Source of the DNA: an uncultured bacterium
GTDB taxonomy: Bacteria; Krumholzibacteriota; Krumholzibacteriia; JACNKJ01
DNA: 64,000 bases
Assembly: GCA_964410395.1 (NCBI GenBank)
Contig: CAYPGS010000018.1
Span: 1-64,000, forward strand
Direction: 5' to 3'
Shown: piece by piece, positions 1 to 9,879 of the stretch
Numbering within the stretch: the first letter of the stretch is position 1
How the letters are laid out: each line of letters starts with the position of its first letter
Program-made: the position numbers and the translations under genes
The notes under the pieces: model-generated
The model's input: the letters and a program-made list of their open reading frames with translations, nothing else
Databases searched by the model: none
Told to the model about the DNA's origin: nothing

Positions 1-38
1 CCTGGATCGGAAGTCTACACCATGACCGTTTACACAGT

Positions 39-2042
39 TTAAATTACACTCTCGAGTGTGAAGGACCATTCCACGGTGTCGAGTAGAACCTGGTCACCCA
101 CCTGAGTGATGATTTCCTGAGAAGCCCTACACTCAAGATTCAAGAGCCTAGTCCCCGTCTCGTTCAGTGTACCGGCAAAGGTATAGTAGTAGTCCTCCGG
201 CCCACCCTCGTTGATTTCCGCCGTGAAACTCGTGCCGATGAAGTCCAGGTCGACGTAGATGCCGTCCCAGGGTGATCCGGGCATGGACACGATATTGCCA
301 TTGGGCAGGTTGTTCAGAGGCCCGATCGTGGAAGTACCATCATCGGGATGTACCCTCTGGAAATAGTGCTGCCCACCGATCAAGTTGGCGCTGTAGGAGA
401 TCCGATAACTCCTCTTCAGGGCGGATAGAATCGGGGTTCCCGGTCGGATCTTCATTTCCGTTGTGATCGTGCTGGCATCCACGTACTCATGCGCCTCGTC
501 CCTGGCATTTGACACTATGACGACGAGGTCCTCATCGGCATCCATGATCGACTTAATGCCCTCGACTCTCACCGTATTGGGATCGCTTCCGAGGAGGGCC
601 GCATTCCAAGTGGTCGAATACCGATAAACATTGATCGAACCCGGTCCCGGCCCCATGCGCGTGAAAACCGCTTCAGCGCCGGATTCCATTTCGGCATAGT
701 TCAGGAAAACATTGTAGATGCCGCCGCTCAGGGCCGGGAAGTCGTGCGTGAACTCCATGATCGTGTCGTCCACCGCCGCGACCACCCAGGAACCAAGGCT
801 GTTGGCCGTCATGATGGGAATCTCTTCAACACCATAGAGCTGTCCGAGAAAATACTCATCTAGGCATTTGTTCCACCAATTGCTGATGTCGTCGTCCGAG
901 CACACTTCCAGGGCACGCACGGGATGATCCCCGGCATCGATTCTCTGGTAGGCATAGAGCGTGGACTCATTCCCGTGCCAGTCGGCGAGATGTTTGATGA
1001 CCGCTGAGACGCCATATCCGTGCCAGTCTGGTTTGTCGCCCAATCCGGCCTGAAGCCCCTCATAGGGTTCCATAACGTTCCCGCTGCGCGAGCTGGAGAC
1101 ATAGTCGTCTTGAGTTGTGGCGAGGCCTTCACTCCAGACGGCCGTGGCTTCGTCGAGCCAGTAGTGGAGCGAGGCTTTGGTGGCTCTGTCCCAGCTGCTT
1201 CGTGGATCGTAGAATGCCTGTACGAGGTGGAAGAACTCGTGCCCCGCCGTGACGGCAATATCCTGGTAGGTATCGAATACTCGAGTGCTGATGACGATGT
1301 AGCCATAGTTGTCCCCGAAGATCGAACCGTAGGTTTCACCCTGGGTGTTCTCGTCCAGTGGCGAGATGTAGACGTGCACCGGCCATCGTGTCCGGTCCTC
1401 ATAGCTGAATCCGATTGCCGAGAACCTCAAGTAGGCGCTATCAAGTTCATTTCCAAGAGCCACGGCGTTGTTGACGGAACTGGATCCATTGTTATGAAAG
1501 TGGACTCTGAAGTATTCATGACCGCTCAACCGGCTGTCGTTGTGGTAGGACCTGATCGTCGTGGTGAAATCGGGGCGCGATCCTGTGTCGTAGATTGGAA
1601 TCGTGCCGACCACGAAGTCGCCGACTCTCTCCGCATCGATTGGCTGCCAACCGAGGGTGTTCTCCCCACGAGGCTTGCTGAAGGAATCGATACCGAGAAC
1701 CAACTCCGGGTCCAGATCCCCAGAGTAGTCGACGCCGACCTGAACCTCGAGCTCCTCACTTAGTACGGAGGGAAGACCCGAGAGTTCGAATACCCGACTC
1801 TGGCCTTCCGCATCCTCGAAGTTGTCCTCGTCCGAAAGACGAAGAACGAGATTCTGATCTCCCAGGAATGCTCCCGCGGGCACGTTGAGGATGAAGTCAT
1901 CGATCTCGAGGGTACCTCCCTCGGGGCCGATGGATACTTCGGCCAGGGGCGGTTCTGGTGGAGTCTCGACGGGATCGGTACCCCCGGAACAGGAAAGCAT
2001 GAAAACGATGGGGATAAGTGCCAGTAGCCAGAGCCGACTCAT
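39..2042 (-). CDS. Secreted lipoprotein, HExxH zinc-metallopeptidase-like
   Basis: 667-aa ORF. N-terminus MSRLWLLALIPIVFMLSCSGG is a signal peptide plus lipobox. AGHEFFHLVQ (HExxH) is followed by WLDEATAVWSE. GAGGAGG Shine-Dalgarno (SD) lies before the ATG at 2042. Confidence 0.6.
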   Translation of the reverse strand: MSRLWLLALIPIVFMLSCSGGTDPVETPPEPPLAEVSIGPEGGTLEIDDFILNVPAGAFLGDQNLVLRLSDEDNFEDAEGQSRVFELSGLPSVLSEELEVQVGVDYSGDLDPELVLGIDSFSKPRGENTLGWQPIDAERVGDFVVGTIPIYDTGSRPDFTTTIRSYHNDSRLSGHEYFRVHFHNNGSSSVNNAVALGNELDSAYLRFSAIGFSYEDRTRWPVHVYISPLDENTQGETYGSIFGDNYGYIVISTRVFDTYQDIAVTAGHEFFHLVQAFYDPRSSWDRATKASLHYWLDEATAVWSEGLATTQDDYVSSSRSGNVMEPYEGLQAGLGDKPDWHGYGVSAVIKHLADWHGNESTLYAYQRIDAGDHPVRALEVCSDDDISNWWNKCLDEYFLGQLYGVEEIPIMTANSLGSWVVAAVDDTIMEFTHDFPALSGGIYNVFLNYAEMESGAEAVFTRMGPGPGSINVYRYSTTWNAALLGSDPNTVRVEGIKSIMDADEDLVVIVSNARDEAHEYVDASTITTEMKIRPGTPILSALKRSYRISYSANLIGGQHYFQRVHPDDGTSTIGPLNNLPNGNIVSMPGSPWDGIYVDLDFIGTSFTAEINEGGPEDYYYTFAGTLNETGTRLLNLECRASQEIITQVGDQVLLDTVEWSFTLESVI

Positions 2043-2239
2043 GGGTCCTCCTCAGGAGAGCGTCGATCCAGTGGACTCCCGAGGGGAAGATTCTGGCAAG
2101 GTATTTCGGACAACCCGCTCTGAATAAGGTTCAGGCGCTTCGAATCGGACATCTACCTGGCTGGGAAGGCAAGTATCTAGCGACCGTCCAGGCCGAGACC
2201 TGCTCCGAGGGTCCGGCTTCATCCCTGCATGGCCTGCCT

Positions 2240-3535
2240 CTAGCGAAGTAGAATGATCTTCTGCGTCGCCACCGAGGATCCGTTGTGAAGTCGGGCGAAA
2301 TAGATTCCGGTGGGTAGCGCCTGCCCCGCAGAGTCGCGGCCGTTCCAGTCCAGATGGTAGTTTCCCGCTTCGCGGTGTCCGTCGAACAGTACAGCCACCG
2401 TTCTGCCCTGAACATCATGGATGCTCATGCGCAGATCCGAAACGCCATGCTGACTGAAGCTCAGGCGAGTGCCTCCACGCGCGGGATTTGGCGAGGACCT
2501 TAGAGAGAGGCCACCGGCCGGAATGCCGCCAACCGAGGTCGGCATGAGTGGATTGGCCGCGAGGACCACCTCGGTGAAGGCGCTCCCGTAGACGAAAGTC
2601 GAGCCGTCCTGGGAGAACTCGAGGTCGTAGGCCGAAGCCGAGTACCAGCGAACGAGGTCTCCGGAGGCCACGCTCCACATTCTGATATCGCCCTGGGATC
2701 CGTCACGCCCGGAGGACAGCAGGATGCCCCCGTCGGGCGCGAAGTCCAGCGCGTAGACCCAGTCGCCGTGTCCCTCGAAGGTGTTCAGCAATGTACCGTC
2801 GGCCACGCTCCAGAGCTTGATGCTGGAGTCATCGGTGCTGTCCCAACCTCCCGCACCGCTCGCCAGAATCGTGCCGTCGGGTGAGAAGGCCAGGGTGCTG
2901 ACGTCATCGTCGTGAGCCGCGATGCTTCGAATCAGGGTTCCGCTCTCCACGTCCCAGAACTTCACGGCGTTGTCTCCCCCGGCGCTGGCCACCATGCTGC
3001 CGTCGGGCGAGAAGGCCAGGTCATGGATGTAGGCGCCGGTGTAGATGGAGTGCAGCTCCTGGCCATCGGAGATGCGACAGATCCTGACGGAGCGATTGAC
3101 GCCCCCGCCGCCCGAGGCGAGCAGGGTGCCGTCGGGAGAAACGTCCACGTAGCAACCACCGGAAGTGAAGCGCTCCAGGCCGGTCTCGGTATCCCAGACC
3201 GCGGACACTCCGCCGGGAGGATAGCCGGTTACGACGTAGCCCACGGCCACGCAGGATGTGCCCGGCACATGGGCCACCGAAAGAACGGTATGGGGCGAGA
3301 GCGAGAACTCGCCGGCGGGGCTGCCGTCTTCGGCGGCCCAGAGCCGGAAGGTGCTGTCGCCGAGGTCAGCACCGGAGATGACCTGCTGGCCATCGGAGGT
3401 GAAGGTTACGCCCCGCACGCTGGAGACATGGTCGTCCCTTTGCCAGATGATGTCGGGCGAGCCCTGTGCCAGTGCGCTTGCGGCAGTCAGAAGCATCAGG
3501 CAGGTTCCCATTTTGATCATTCGCATCGGGTGCAT
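2240..3535 (-). CDS. WD40/beta-propeller repeat protein with FlgD-Ig/T9SS-type C-terminal domain
   Basis: Repeated blades (FSPDGSMVASAGGDNAVKFWDV, FSPDGTILASGA..IKLWSV, FAPDGGILLSSGRDG..IRMWSV). Signal peptide MGTCLMLLTAASALAQG. C-terminus is ...GIYFARLHNGSSVATQKIILLR. Start moved to ATG 3535, which has GGGAGGG 6 nt upstream. Confidence 0.75.
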   Translation of the reverse strand: MHPMRMIKMGTCLMLLTAASALAQGSPDIIWQRDDHVSSVRGVTFTSDGQQVISGADLGDSTFRLWAAEDGSPAGEFSLSPHTVLSVAHVPGTSCVAVGYVVTGYPPGGVSAVWDTETGLERFTSGGCYVDVSPDGTLLASGGGGVNRSVRICRISDGQELHSIYTGAYIHDLAFSPDGSMVASAGGDNAVKFWDVESGTLIRSIAAHDDDVSTLAFSPDGTILASGAGGWDSTDDSSIKLWSVADGTLLNTFEGHGDWVYALDFAPDGGILLSSGRDGSQGDIRMWSVASGDLVRWYSASAYDLEFSQDGSTFVYGSAFTEVVLAANPLMPTSVGGIPAGGLSLRSSPNPARGGTRLSFSQHGVSDLRMSIHDVQGRTVAVLFDGHREAGNYHLDWNGRDSAGQALPTGIYFARLHNGSSVATQKIILLR

Positions 3536-3686
3536 CTCTTGCCCTCCCATGGCGAGTTCGGAGTTGACCGACTGTCCCTAAGCATACACCCGCCCGCACC
3601 GATCGTGACGAAGATAGTTGCAGTTTCAAACCCTTGCAGGTGTCATTAGCGTGACCAAGTGCTATCGCATGCGTGGAAATAGAGAT

Positions 3687-3755
3687 CGGGGAGGGATGAG
3701 TCCCTCCCCGACTGACTTTCGAAGCGGAAGGAGGGGAGGGAGCTCATCCCTCCCC
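3687..3755 (-). repeat. Paired G4AG3 hairpin module (copy A), 5 nt downstream of the C25 gene stop
   Basis: Hairpin 1: CGGGGAGGGA-tgag-TCCCTCCCCG (3687..3710). A 22-nt spacer contains GAAGC. Hairpin 2: GGGGAGGGA-gctca-TCCCTCCCC (3733..3755). Probably doubles as a terminator. Confidence 0.6.
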
Positions 3756-3760
3756 AACCT

Positions 3761-6700
3761 CTATTTCAGTAGCACCATTTTCTGGTGCAGCTTGATCTCG
3801 CCCGCGCTCAGCTTGGCGAAGTAGACGCCCGAGGACACCTGCTCGCCGGCCTGGTCGCGGCCATCCCACTCGTAGGCGTGGATGCCCTCGTCCAGCGTAC
3901 CGTTCACGAGCACCCGCACCAAACGTCCGGCGGGGTCGTAGACGGCCAGTCGCGCCTTGCCCGTTTCGGGAAGGCCGAAGCTGATCGAGGTCTTCGGGTT
4001 GAAGGGGTTGGGATGGTTCCGCGAGAGGAAGACGCTCGCCGGAACCACTTCCACCTCGGTACCCGTCTCGTTGACGATGAGCGTCACCGGCACCGCGATG
4101 GAGGGACCCGCGTTGTTCACCACGAGGACCTCGGCCTCGTAGGTACCCTCCACCATGTCGGTGGCGTCGAGGGTCACGCGGATGTCGTCGGTCTCGCCGG
4201 CCTGGAGCTGTCCCTCGGTGATGTCCAGTGAGATCCAGTCCAGGGAGTTCTGGATGGTGAAGAAATCGTCGCTCTCATCGAAGACCGAAGGATCGCCGCT
4301 GTCGGCCACCTTCACCTTGCAGTTCATGTTGCCCGGCGCGTCGACGTTCCACTGGAAGCTGCCGTCATTCGCGTCCACATCGCTGGCGATGAGGTCCCAG
4401 TTGCCCAGGATGCCCCGGCGCAGGTAGATGTCCACCAGTCCCGAACCGCCGCCGGCCGAGAAGCTGATGGTCTGCTGCTCGCCGACGGTCCAGACCTCGC
4501 CGCCATTGGGCGCGAGAACGTTGACCGCGGGACCGTCCATGACAAGGGTGAAGTAGTCCTCGATGTAGTGGGGATCACCGCCGTAGATGTCGCCCTGGAT
4601 GCCGTAGAGCAGATCCAGGTCGCCGCTCACGTCGGGGAAGCTCACGTTGATGCTGGCCGTGGCGGTTTCACCGTCGTAGATGTTACCCCAGCCCCCATCG
4701 TGATCGAACCAGGTGATCAGAGCCCCGTCGCCCGTACCGCTGAAGGAGAGGCTGCCGCTCGGGCCGACGAGATCGGTACCGCTGTTGACCACGGCTCCGG
4801 GCGGGAAGTCAAGGGTGACCTCACTGAGCCACTCCACGTCCGAACTACCGTTGAAGACCGTGACGTTGAAATCCACCGTGGAGCCGACCACGTAGGTGGA
4901 AGGATCCAGCGACAGCCAGGAGCCGGCCACGCTGCGCGGCAGGTTCGGATCGATGATCTCAAGGGAATAGTTCAGAACGGATCCCTCTTCACCCTGATTG
5001 CTCACGTGGAGCATCTCCAGACTCGTGCCGTCCGGAGGCAGGATCTTGGAAATCGACTCGGGCGTCACGACGCAGCTTGGCAGAGGCACCGAGGCCACCG
5101 GCATGAAGGCGATGGCCCGGCCGGTGGTCAGGGTCGCCGCGCTGCTCGGGTAGGAGTTCCAGTAGGTATAGGTCAGGCCGTCGGTCCTGTCCTTGTTCTG
5201 GATGCCCACCGTGCCGTAGCCGTTGGTGCTGTCTGTGTTGTTCACGGTCTTGTACTGCATGAGCAGTATGCCGTCGCCCGTGCTCGTGGGATGGTAGGCC
5301 GGATCCAGAAGAATCAGCTCGAAGTCCTGGAAAGCGCTCGTGGCGCGGTTCTTCAGATTGTCCCACTGGATGATGTAGCGGTGGTTGGCCTCGTCGTACC
5401 AGGTGCTGACGATGTTCGAGGCCTGCTGGTAGAGGTCGTCCCAGAAGACGGCGATGAGATTGTCCGCGCCTCCCGCGCAGGGCAGGTTCCAGTTGCGGTA
5501 GAAGTTCATCTCGGTCTCGCCCATGGCCACCCAGCCATTGGAGCAGATGCTGATCTTGTTGTAGGGCTCGCCGTAGTAGCTGAACTCGAAAGGCAGTTCG
5601 ACGGTCTTGGTGTCGTCCTGTTCCCAACCGTAGTCGCCAAGTCCGAGATCCGTGCCCGGGCCGCCCTGGTTCGGGTTGACCTCCACCCAATCGTAGACCG
5701 GCGCGTACTCGTAGCCGGTGTCGGTGTTATCCACCGCGTAGTAACCATAGCTGTCCGGACCGGTGGGATCGCCCGCGCCGGCCGATCCCACTGTCAGCGA
5801 GAAGTTCACCACATCGGTGGCGCCACCGTTGAAGGTGAGATCCATGGTGAAGGCGGCCTGGTGTCCGGGAACGCAGTCGGAGGTCACGGTGATGCTGAAG
5901 GGGTCGGAGCTGTTCTCGCCGGAACCGCCCATGGGCAGGCTTCCGAAGCCGCCGCTGGGATCGTTGATGACGATCCAGGAGCTGCTGCTGCTGAGCTCGG
6001 CGCTGATGGCCGTTCCGGGAATATTCCCGTCGTTGCGGATCTGCACGCTCAGGGTGCCGGACTCGCCGGGCTCGGGATCGCCGCCGGCGAAGGTGAAGTC
6101 CTCGTAGGTGAAGGCCGCGCTCTGCACGTCGAGCTCCACCAGCGAGGTCCAGGACTGGAAGCCGTCGCTGGCGACCAGATCCAGTTCGATCGTGTGGCCG
6201 CCCGGCGCGTCGCTGGCGATGAGCACGTCGAAGTCCTCGGCGCACCAGACCTCGGCGCCGGAGGCTATGTTGCCGAAGGTCTCCGTGTCGTCCACCACCG
6301 TGACATAGGGATCGGCGCTGGAGAGGGTTGCGCTCACGTTGTTGGCGGTGCCGGTACCCAGATTGCGCAGCGACAGCGGCAGCTCGATGGCCTCGCCGGG
6401 ATTCACGCGATTGTCGCCGTTGCCCTGGCTGTCTCCGCTCATGTCGTCATCGATCTGAATGTTCTCCAGGGCCGCGTAGGCGCTCACGGAGCCGAGGGCC
6501 AGGGATCCCTGGTAGGGCATGTGATTGTGGGACATGACCGTCACGTAGAGCGTGCCGGAGCCGGCGGCCTCGATGGGCAGATTCACCTGTCCCGCCGCGT
6601 TCGTGTAGCCGGTCACACGGATGTCGCCGTCCTTGAAGAGAGCCACGCGCGCGCCTTCGAGAGGTCCGCCGGGATTGCTCACCGTCACGGGCACCGAGCC

Positions 6701-8464
6701 CGCCCCCGTGGGTAGGTTCGCAGGATGCACCACGGTGAGATCCTCGGGGTAGGCCGACCAGAGCTGCGTGACCGGATCGCCCATGAGGTTGTTCCACATG
6801 GACCAGATCTCCACCGTGTTCGGCTGCGAGATCTGGTAGTTGTGATAGAGCTCGTACTTGCCGCGGGTGTGGGCCGATCCGGTGCGGTGGTCCTCGCCGT
6901 TGATCGCGCCGTGCCAGGTGCCCATGTAGTAGCAGTTGTTGTAGCGGGTATGGGTGCCGATGGTGGCCGTGCCCACCGAGGCCACGCCGCCGCCGTTGGG
7001 CGCACGCAGGAAGGCCTCGGAGCGACAGTTCGAATCGCTGGCGAAGCTGCCCGTGTCGCAGGTCACGATGATGGAGAAGGGCAGTTCCTTCTGGTTGCCC
7101 AGGGCCATGATGTGGGCCGAACTCATGCCGCTCATGTGCCAGTAGCCGCGGTAGCCGAAGACGCTCAGGCCCTGGTTGATGCTGGCGGTCATGGCGCTGA
7201 GGAAGTTGCCGCTCCAGATGGTGTCGATCTGCGTGTAGTTGTGCTGCAGCAGCTGTTCCTTGAGCCACTGGTTCACGTAGATGGTGGTGATGCCCGAGCT
7301 GGACGGATCGCCCGTGAGCCCCGCGCGGGTGAACCAACCCGGATCGGTGATGGGAGGATCGGTCTCGTAGGTGACGATCTTGCTGACCACGTCCTCCAGC
7401 TCAGTGGTGCTGGTCACCGAGAGACGTCCGATGTGCACGTCGGCAAGCACATCGCCGCCCACGATGGTCGAGTAGTAGTGGTCGCCTTCGCCCCCGTAGC
7501 CGGAAACGCTCTCGAAGAAGCAGGGAACGGTGATGTAGCCGCTGGCGTCGCCGACCAGGGTGACATGCTCCAGAGGAGGATCGGCGGTGGCGTAGAAGTC
7601 GTCGATGTAGTCTTCCACCTGCCAGTTGTTGCTGCCGGTCTCGTCGGTGGAAACGGCCACCACATTGTAGCCCTGTTTCTCTCGCCATTCGATCAGGGGG
7701 CCCAGCCGGGACAACACGCCGCTGGTGTTGTCGTAGATCATCAGGTAGGAACCGGGCCCGACCTCGGTGACGCCCTCGCGGTAGTAGCCGGAGTCCTCGT
7801 AGTTCAGGACCATGTCCTTGTAGAGCAGGTGGAAGGACTCGGGAATGAACTCCGCGGGCTGAACCGTTTCGCTCGCGAACTCGATCTCGATCTCCATGCT
7901 GCTGGCCACCCGGACCTCCCTGCTCACCGGATCGTATCGCACGGGATTGATGCGCATGGCCGACACGCTCAGGCCGCGCATCATGCCGGGATCGCCGACC
8001 TCCACGTCGGGTGCGACATCGAGGCTGGGAGTCAGGTAGGCGCTTTCTTCCATGACGAAACGCTCGCCATCGTCGGGCTGCACGGGGAAGAGTCGCAGAT
8101 CTGTTAGCACCTGTTCGTTTCGCGACAGCACATTCACCCTGGCACCTGAACCTGCGGGCAAGGCGATGAGCTTGCTTATCACCGGCAGACCCGGATGTCC
8201 GTCGGCGCCGCGGATCCCGCCTCCGGGGATGCTGAGCGCGTCGAAGATCTCGCCGTCCGCCTCGAACTTCTCGAGGTTGAGCGCATCGAGTTCGAAGGAC
8301 ATCCGCAGTCCGTTTTCATCCTGCGACAGGATGCGGAACTCGGGTGCTGACGCAGCCGCGCCGCCTTCGACATCGAGCCGGTGGAGCTGCACTTCGGCGG
8401 CGGCACCAAGCGTGAACAGGCAAAGGGATACCATGGATAGAATCAGGGTGATCGGCGAACGCAT
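3761..8464 (-). CDS. Peptidase C25 (gingipain-like) giant secreted cysteine protease with FlgD-Ig/T9SS-type CTD
   Basis: 1567-aa ORF. Signal peptide MRSPITLILSMVSLCLFTLGAAAE. N-terminal region resembles the gingipain propeptide. Candidate catalytic His (GYRGYWHMSG) and Cys (IIVTCDTGSFAS). C-terminus is NPFNPKTSISFGLP...GVYFAKLSAGEIKLHQKMVLLK. GGAGG SD. Confidence 0.8.
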   Translation of the reverse strand: MRSPITLILSMVSLCLFTLGAAAEVQLHRLDVEGGAAASAPEFRILSQDENGLRMSFELDALNLEKFEADGEIFDALSIPGGGIRGADGHPGLPVISKLIALPAGSGARVNVLSRNEQVLTDLRLFPVQPDDGERFVMEESAYLTPSLDVAPDVEVGDPGMMRGLSVSAMRINPVRYDPVSREVRVASSMEIEIEFASETVQPAEFIPESFHLLYKDMVLNYEDSGYYREGVTEVGPGSYLMIYDNTSGVLSRLGPLIEWREKQGYNVVAVSTDETGSNNWQVEDYIDDFYATADPPLEHVTLVGDASGYITVPCFFESVSGYGGEGDHYYSTIVGGDVLADVHIGRLSVTSTTELEDVVSKIVTYETDPPITDPGWFTRAGLTGDPSSSGITTIYVNQWLKEQLLQHNYTQIDTIWSGNFLSAMTASINQGLSVFGYRGYWHMSGMSSAHIMALGNQKELPFSIIVTCDTGSFASDSNCRSEAFLRAPNGGGVASVGTATIGTHTRYNNCYYMGTWHGAINGEDHRTGSAHTRGKYELYHNYQISQPNTVEIWSMWNNLMGDPVTQLWSAYPEDLTVVHPANLPTGAGSVPVTVSNPGGPLEGARVALFKDGDIRVTGYTNAAGQVNLPIEAAGSGTLYVTVMSHNHMPYQGSLALGSVSAYAALENIQIDDDMSGDSQGNGDNRVNPGEAIELPLSLRNLGTGTANNVSATLSSADPYVTVVDDTETFGNIASGAEVWCAEDFDVLIASDAPGGHTIELDLVASDGFQSWTSLVELDVQSAAFTYEDFTFAGGDPEPGESGTLSVQIRNDGNIPGTAISAELSSSSSWIVINDPSGGFGSLPMGGSGENSSDPFSITVTSDCVPGHQAAFTMDLTFNGGATDVVNFSLTVGSAGAGDPTGPDSYGYYAVDNTDTGYEYAPVYDWVEVNPNQGGPGTDLGLGDYGWEQDDTKTVELPFEFSYYGEPYNKISICSNGWVAMGETEMNFYRNWNLPCAGGADNLIAVFWDDLYQQASNIVSTWYDEANHRYIIQWDNLKNRATSAFQDFELILLDPAYHPTSTGDGILLMQYKTVNNTDSTNGYGTVGIQNKDRTDGLTYTYWNSYPSSAATLTTGRAIAFMPVASVPLPSCVVTPESISKILPPDGTSLEMLHVSNQGEEGSVLNYSLEIIDPNLPRSVAGSWLSLDPSTYVVGSTVDFNVTVFNGSSDVEWLSEVTLDFPPGAVVNSGTDLVGPSGSLSFSGTGDGALITWFDHDGGWGNIYDGETATASINVSFPDVSGDLDLLYGIQGDIYGGDPHYIEDYFTLVMDGPAVNVLAPNGGEVWTVGEQQTISFSAGGGSGLVDIYLRRGILGNWDLIASDVDANDGSFQWNVDAPGNMNCKVKVADSGDPSVFDESDDFFTIQNSLDWISLDITEGQLQAGETDDIRVTLDATDMVEGTYEAEVLVVNNAGPSIAVPVTLIVNETGTEVEVVPASVFLSRNHPNPFNPKTSISFGLPETGKARLAVYDPAGRLVRVLVNGTLDEGIHAYEWDGRDQAGEQVSSGVYFAKLSAGEIKLHQKMVLLK

Positions 8465-8562
8465 GAAGGCCTCCGAGAAGGATGGGAACGAGGCCGCCCG
8501 AGCGGCGTGAAGGTCGTTAATTATACCAGATTCCGTGTATTGAGCCCAAGCCTTCGCGGCCC

Positions 8563-8590
8563 TTTACCTTGGGGAACAAGTTGCTATACT
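8563..8590 (+). promoter_or_regulatory. Possible sigma70-type promoter of the acyl-CoA dehydrogenase gene
   Basis: TTTACC (8563..8568), 16-nt spacer, TATACT (8585..8590), about 45 nt upstream of ATG 8634. Weak, pattern-only evidence. Confidence 0.3.
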
Positions 8591-8633
8591 GCCTCGGAAT
8601 ATCCCCTTTCTCAAAATGCCCTAGGAGTCCGAA

Positions 8634-9851
8634 ATGACGCCCTTTCTAACCGAAGAAAACCTGAAGTGGAGAGACAAGGCCCGCGAGATCGCCGAGAAGG
8701 TGGTCAGACCCCTGGCCGCGAAATATGACGAGAAGCAGGAGTATCCCTGGGAAGTGAAGGACGCCATGGCCGAGGCCGGACTCCTGGGCGTGTGGATTCC
8801 CAAGGAGTACGGCGGCGAGGGCGCCGGAGTGCTGGATCTCTGCCTGGTCACCGAGGAGCTCAGCAAGGCCTGCGGCGGCATCGGCGTGGCCTTCGCCGTG
8901 AACGCCCTGGGCAGCTTTCCGATCATCCTTTCGGGCACCGAGGAGCAGAAGCACCACTACCTGCCGCAGATCGCGCAGGGTGAGAAGCTCATCGCATTCG
9001 GGCTCAGCGAGAAGTTCGCTGGATCTGACGCGGGAAGCCTGCGCACGCGGGCGGAGAAGAGCGCTGGCGGCTGGACCATTAACGGTGAGAAAAAGTGGAC
9101 CACCAACGGCGGCATCGCCGAGATCTACACGGTCTTCGCGGTGACCGATCCGGAGAGCCAGCGCGCGCGCATCTCCGGATTCATCGTGGAGAAGGACGAT
9201 CCCGGTTTCTCCATCGCCAAGATCGAGGACAAGATGGGCATCCGCGCGGTGCCCGTGGTGGAACTCGATTTCGAGAACTGCGAGGTACCCGAGGATCGCC
9301 TGCTCGGCGGCAAGACCGGCCAGGGTTTCAAGCAGGCCATGATGACCCTCGACCGCGCCCGTCCCGGCGTGGCCGGCCAGGGCGTCGGACTCGCCCAGGG
9401 CGCGCTGGATTACGCCGCGGTCTACGCCAATCGTCGCAAGCAGTTCGGTAAGAGCATCGGCAGCTTCCAGATGATCCAGGGAATGCTCGCGGACATGAGC
9501 GCCCGGGTCGAGGCCGCCCGCTATCTGGTCTACGCCGCGGCGCGCAACATCGACATGGGCGCGAGCAACATCAGCGCGCTGGCTGCCCAGGCCAAACTCT
9601 TCGCCACCGACACGGCCATGAGCGTGAGTACCGACGCGGTGCAGATCTTCGGCGGCTACGGTTTCATGAAGGACTATCCCATCGAGAAGTACATGCGTGA
9701 CGCGAAGATCACCCAGATCTACGAGGGCACCAACCAGGTGCAGCGCATGGTCACGGCCCGCCACGTGCTCAAGGGCGCGCGGGACCTGAAGCACCTCGAG
9801 GAGTACATCCCCAACGAGGTGCAGCGCGAGGTGGATCTCGCTGAACTGTGA
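8634..9851 (+). CDS. Acyl-CoA dehydrogenase (short/butyryl-CoA type)
   Basis: 405 aa with the typical ACAD layout: ...AFGLSEKFAGSDAGSLRTRAEK..WTINGEKKWTTNGG...QIFGGYGFMKDYPIEKYMRDAKITQIYEGTNQVQ. AGGAG SD. Confidence 0.9.
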   Translation: MTPFLTEENLKWRDKAREIAEKVVRPLAAKYDEKQEYPWEVKDAMAEAGLLGVWIPKEYGGEGAGVLDLCLVTEELSKACGGIGVAFAVNALGSFPIILSGTEEQKHHYLPQIAQGEKLIAFGLSEKFAGSDAGSLRTRAEKSAGGWTINGEKKWTTNGGIAEIYTVFAVTDPESQRARISGFIVEKDDPGFSIAKIEDKMGIRAVPVVELDFENCEVPEDRLLGGKTGQGFKQAMMTLDRARPGVAGQGVGLAQGALDYAAVYANRRKQFGKSIGSFQMIQGMLADMSARVEAARYLVYAAARNIDMGASNISALAAQAKLFATDTAMSVSTDAVQIFGGYGFMKDYPIEKYMRDAKITQIYEGTNQVQRMVTARHVLKGARDLKHLEEYIPNEVQREVDLAEL

Positions 9852-9874
9852 ACTGAGGACTGAGGACTGAGAAC
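9844..9874 (+). repeat. Left arm of a perfect 31-bp inverted repeat (heptamer TGA ladder)
   Basis: AACTGTGAACTGAGGACTGAGGACTGAGAAC is the exact reverse complement of 10334..10364. TGA at 9849, 9854, 9861 and 9868 covers all three frames. The first TGA is the ACAD stop codon. Confidence 0.9.
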
Positions 9875-9879
9875 TCCGA

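Noticed and set aside
4568-6715. 715-aa plus-strand ORF, with many similar ones (6725..8107, 8646..10046, 10973..12004, 16100..17500, 26949..28538)
   Set aside because: It lies entirely antisense to genes with clear family signatures (here the C25 protease). The translation is Gly/Ala/Arg/Val/His-rich low-complexity sequence of the kind high-GC DNA produces on the opposite strand. It has no SD and no recognisable motifs.
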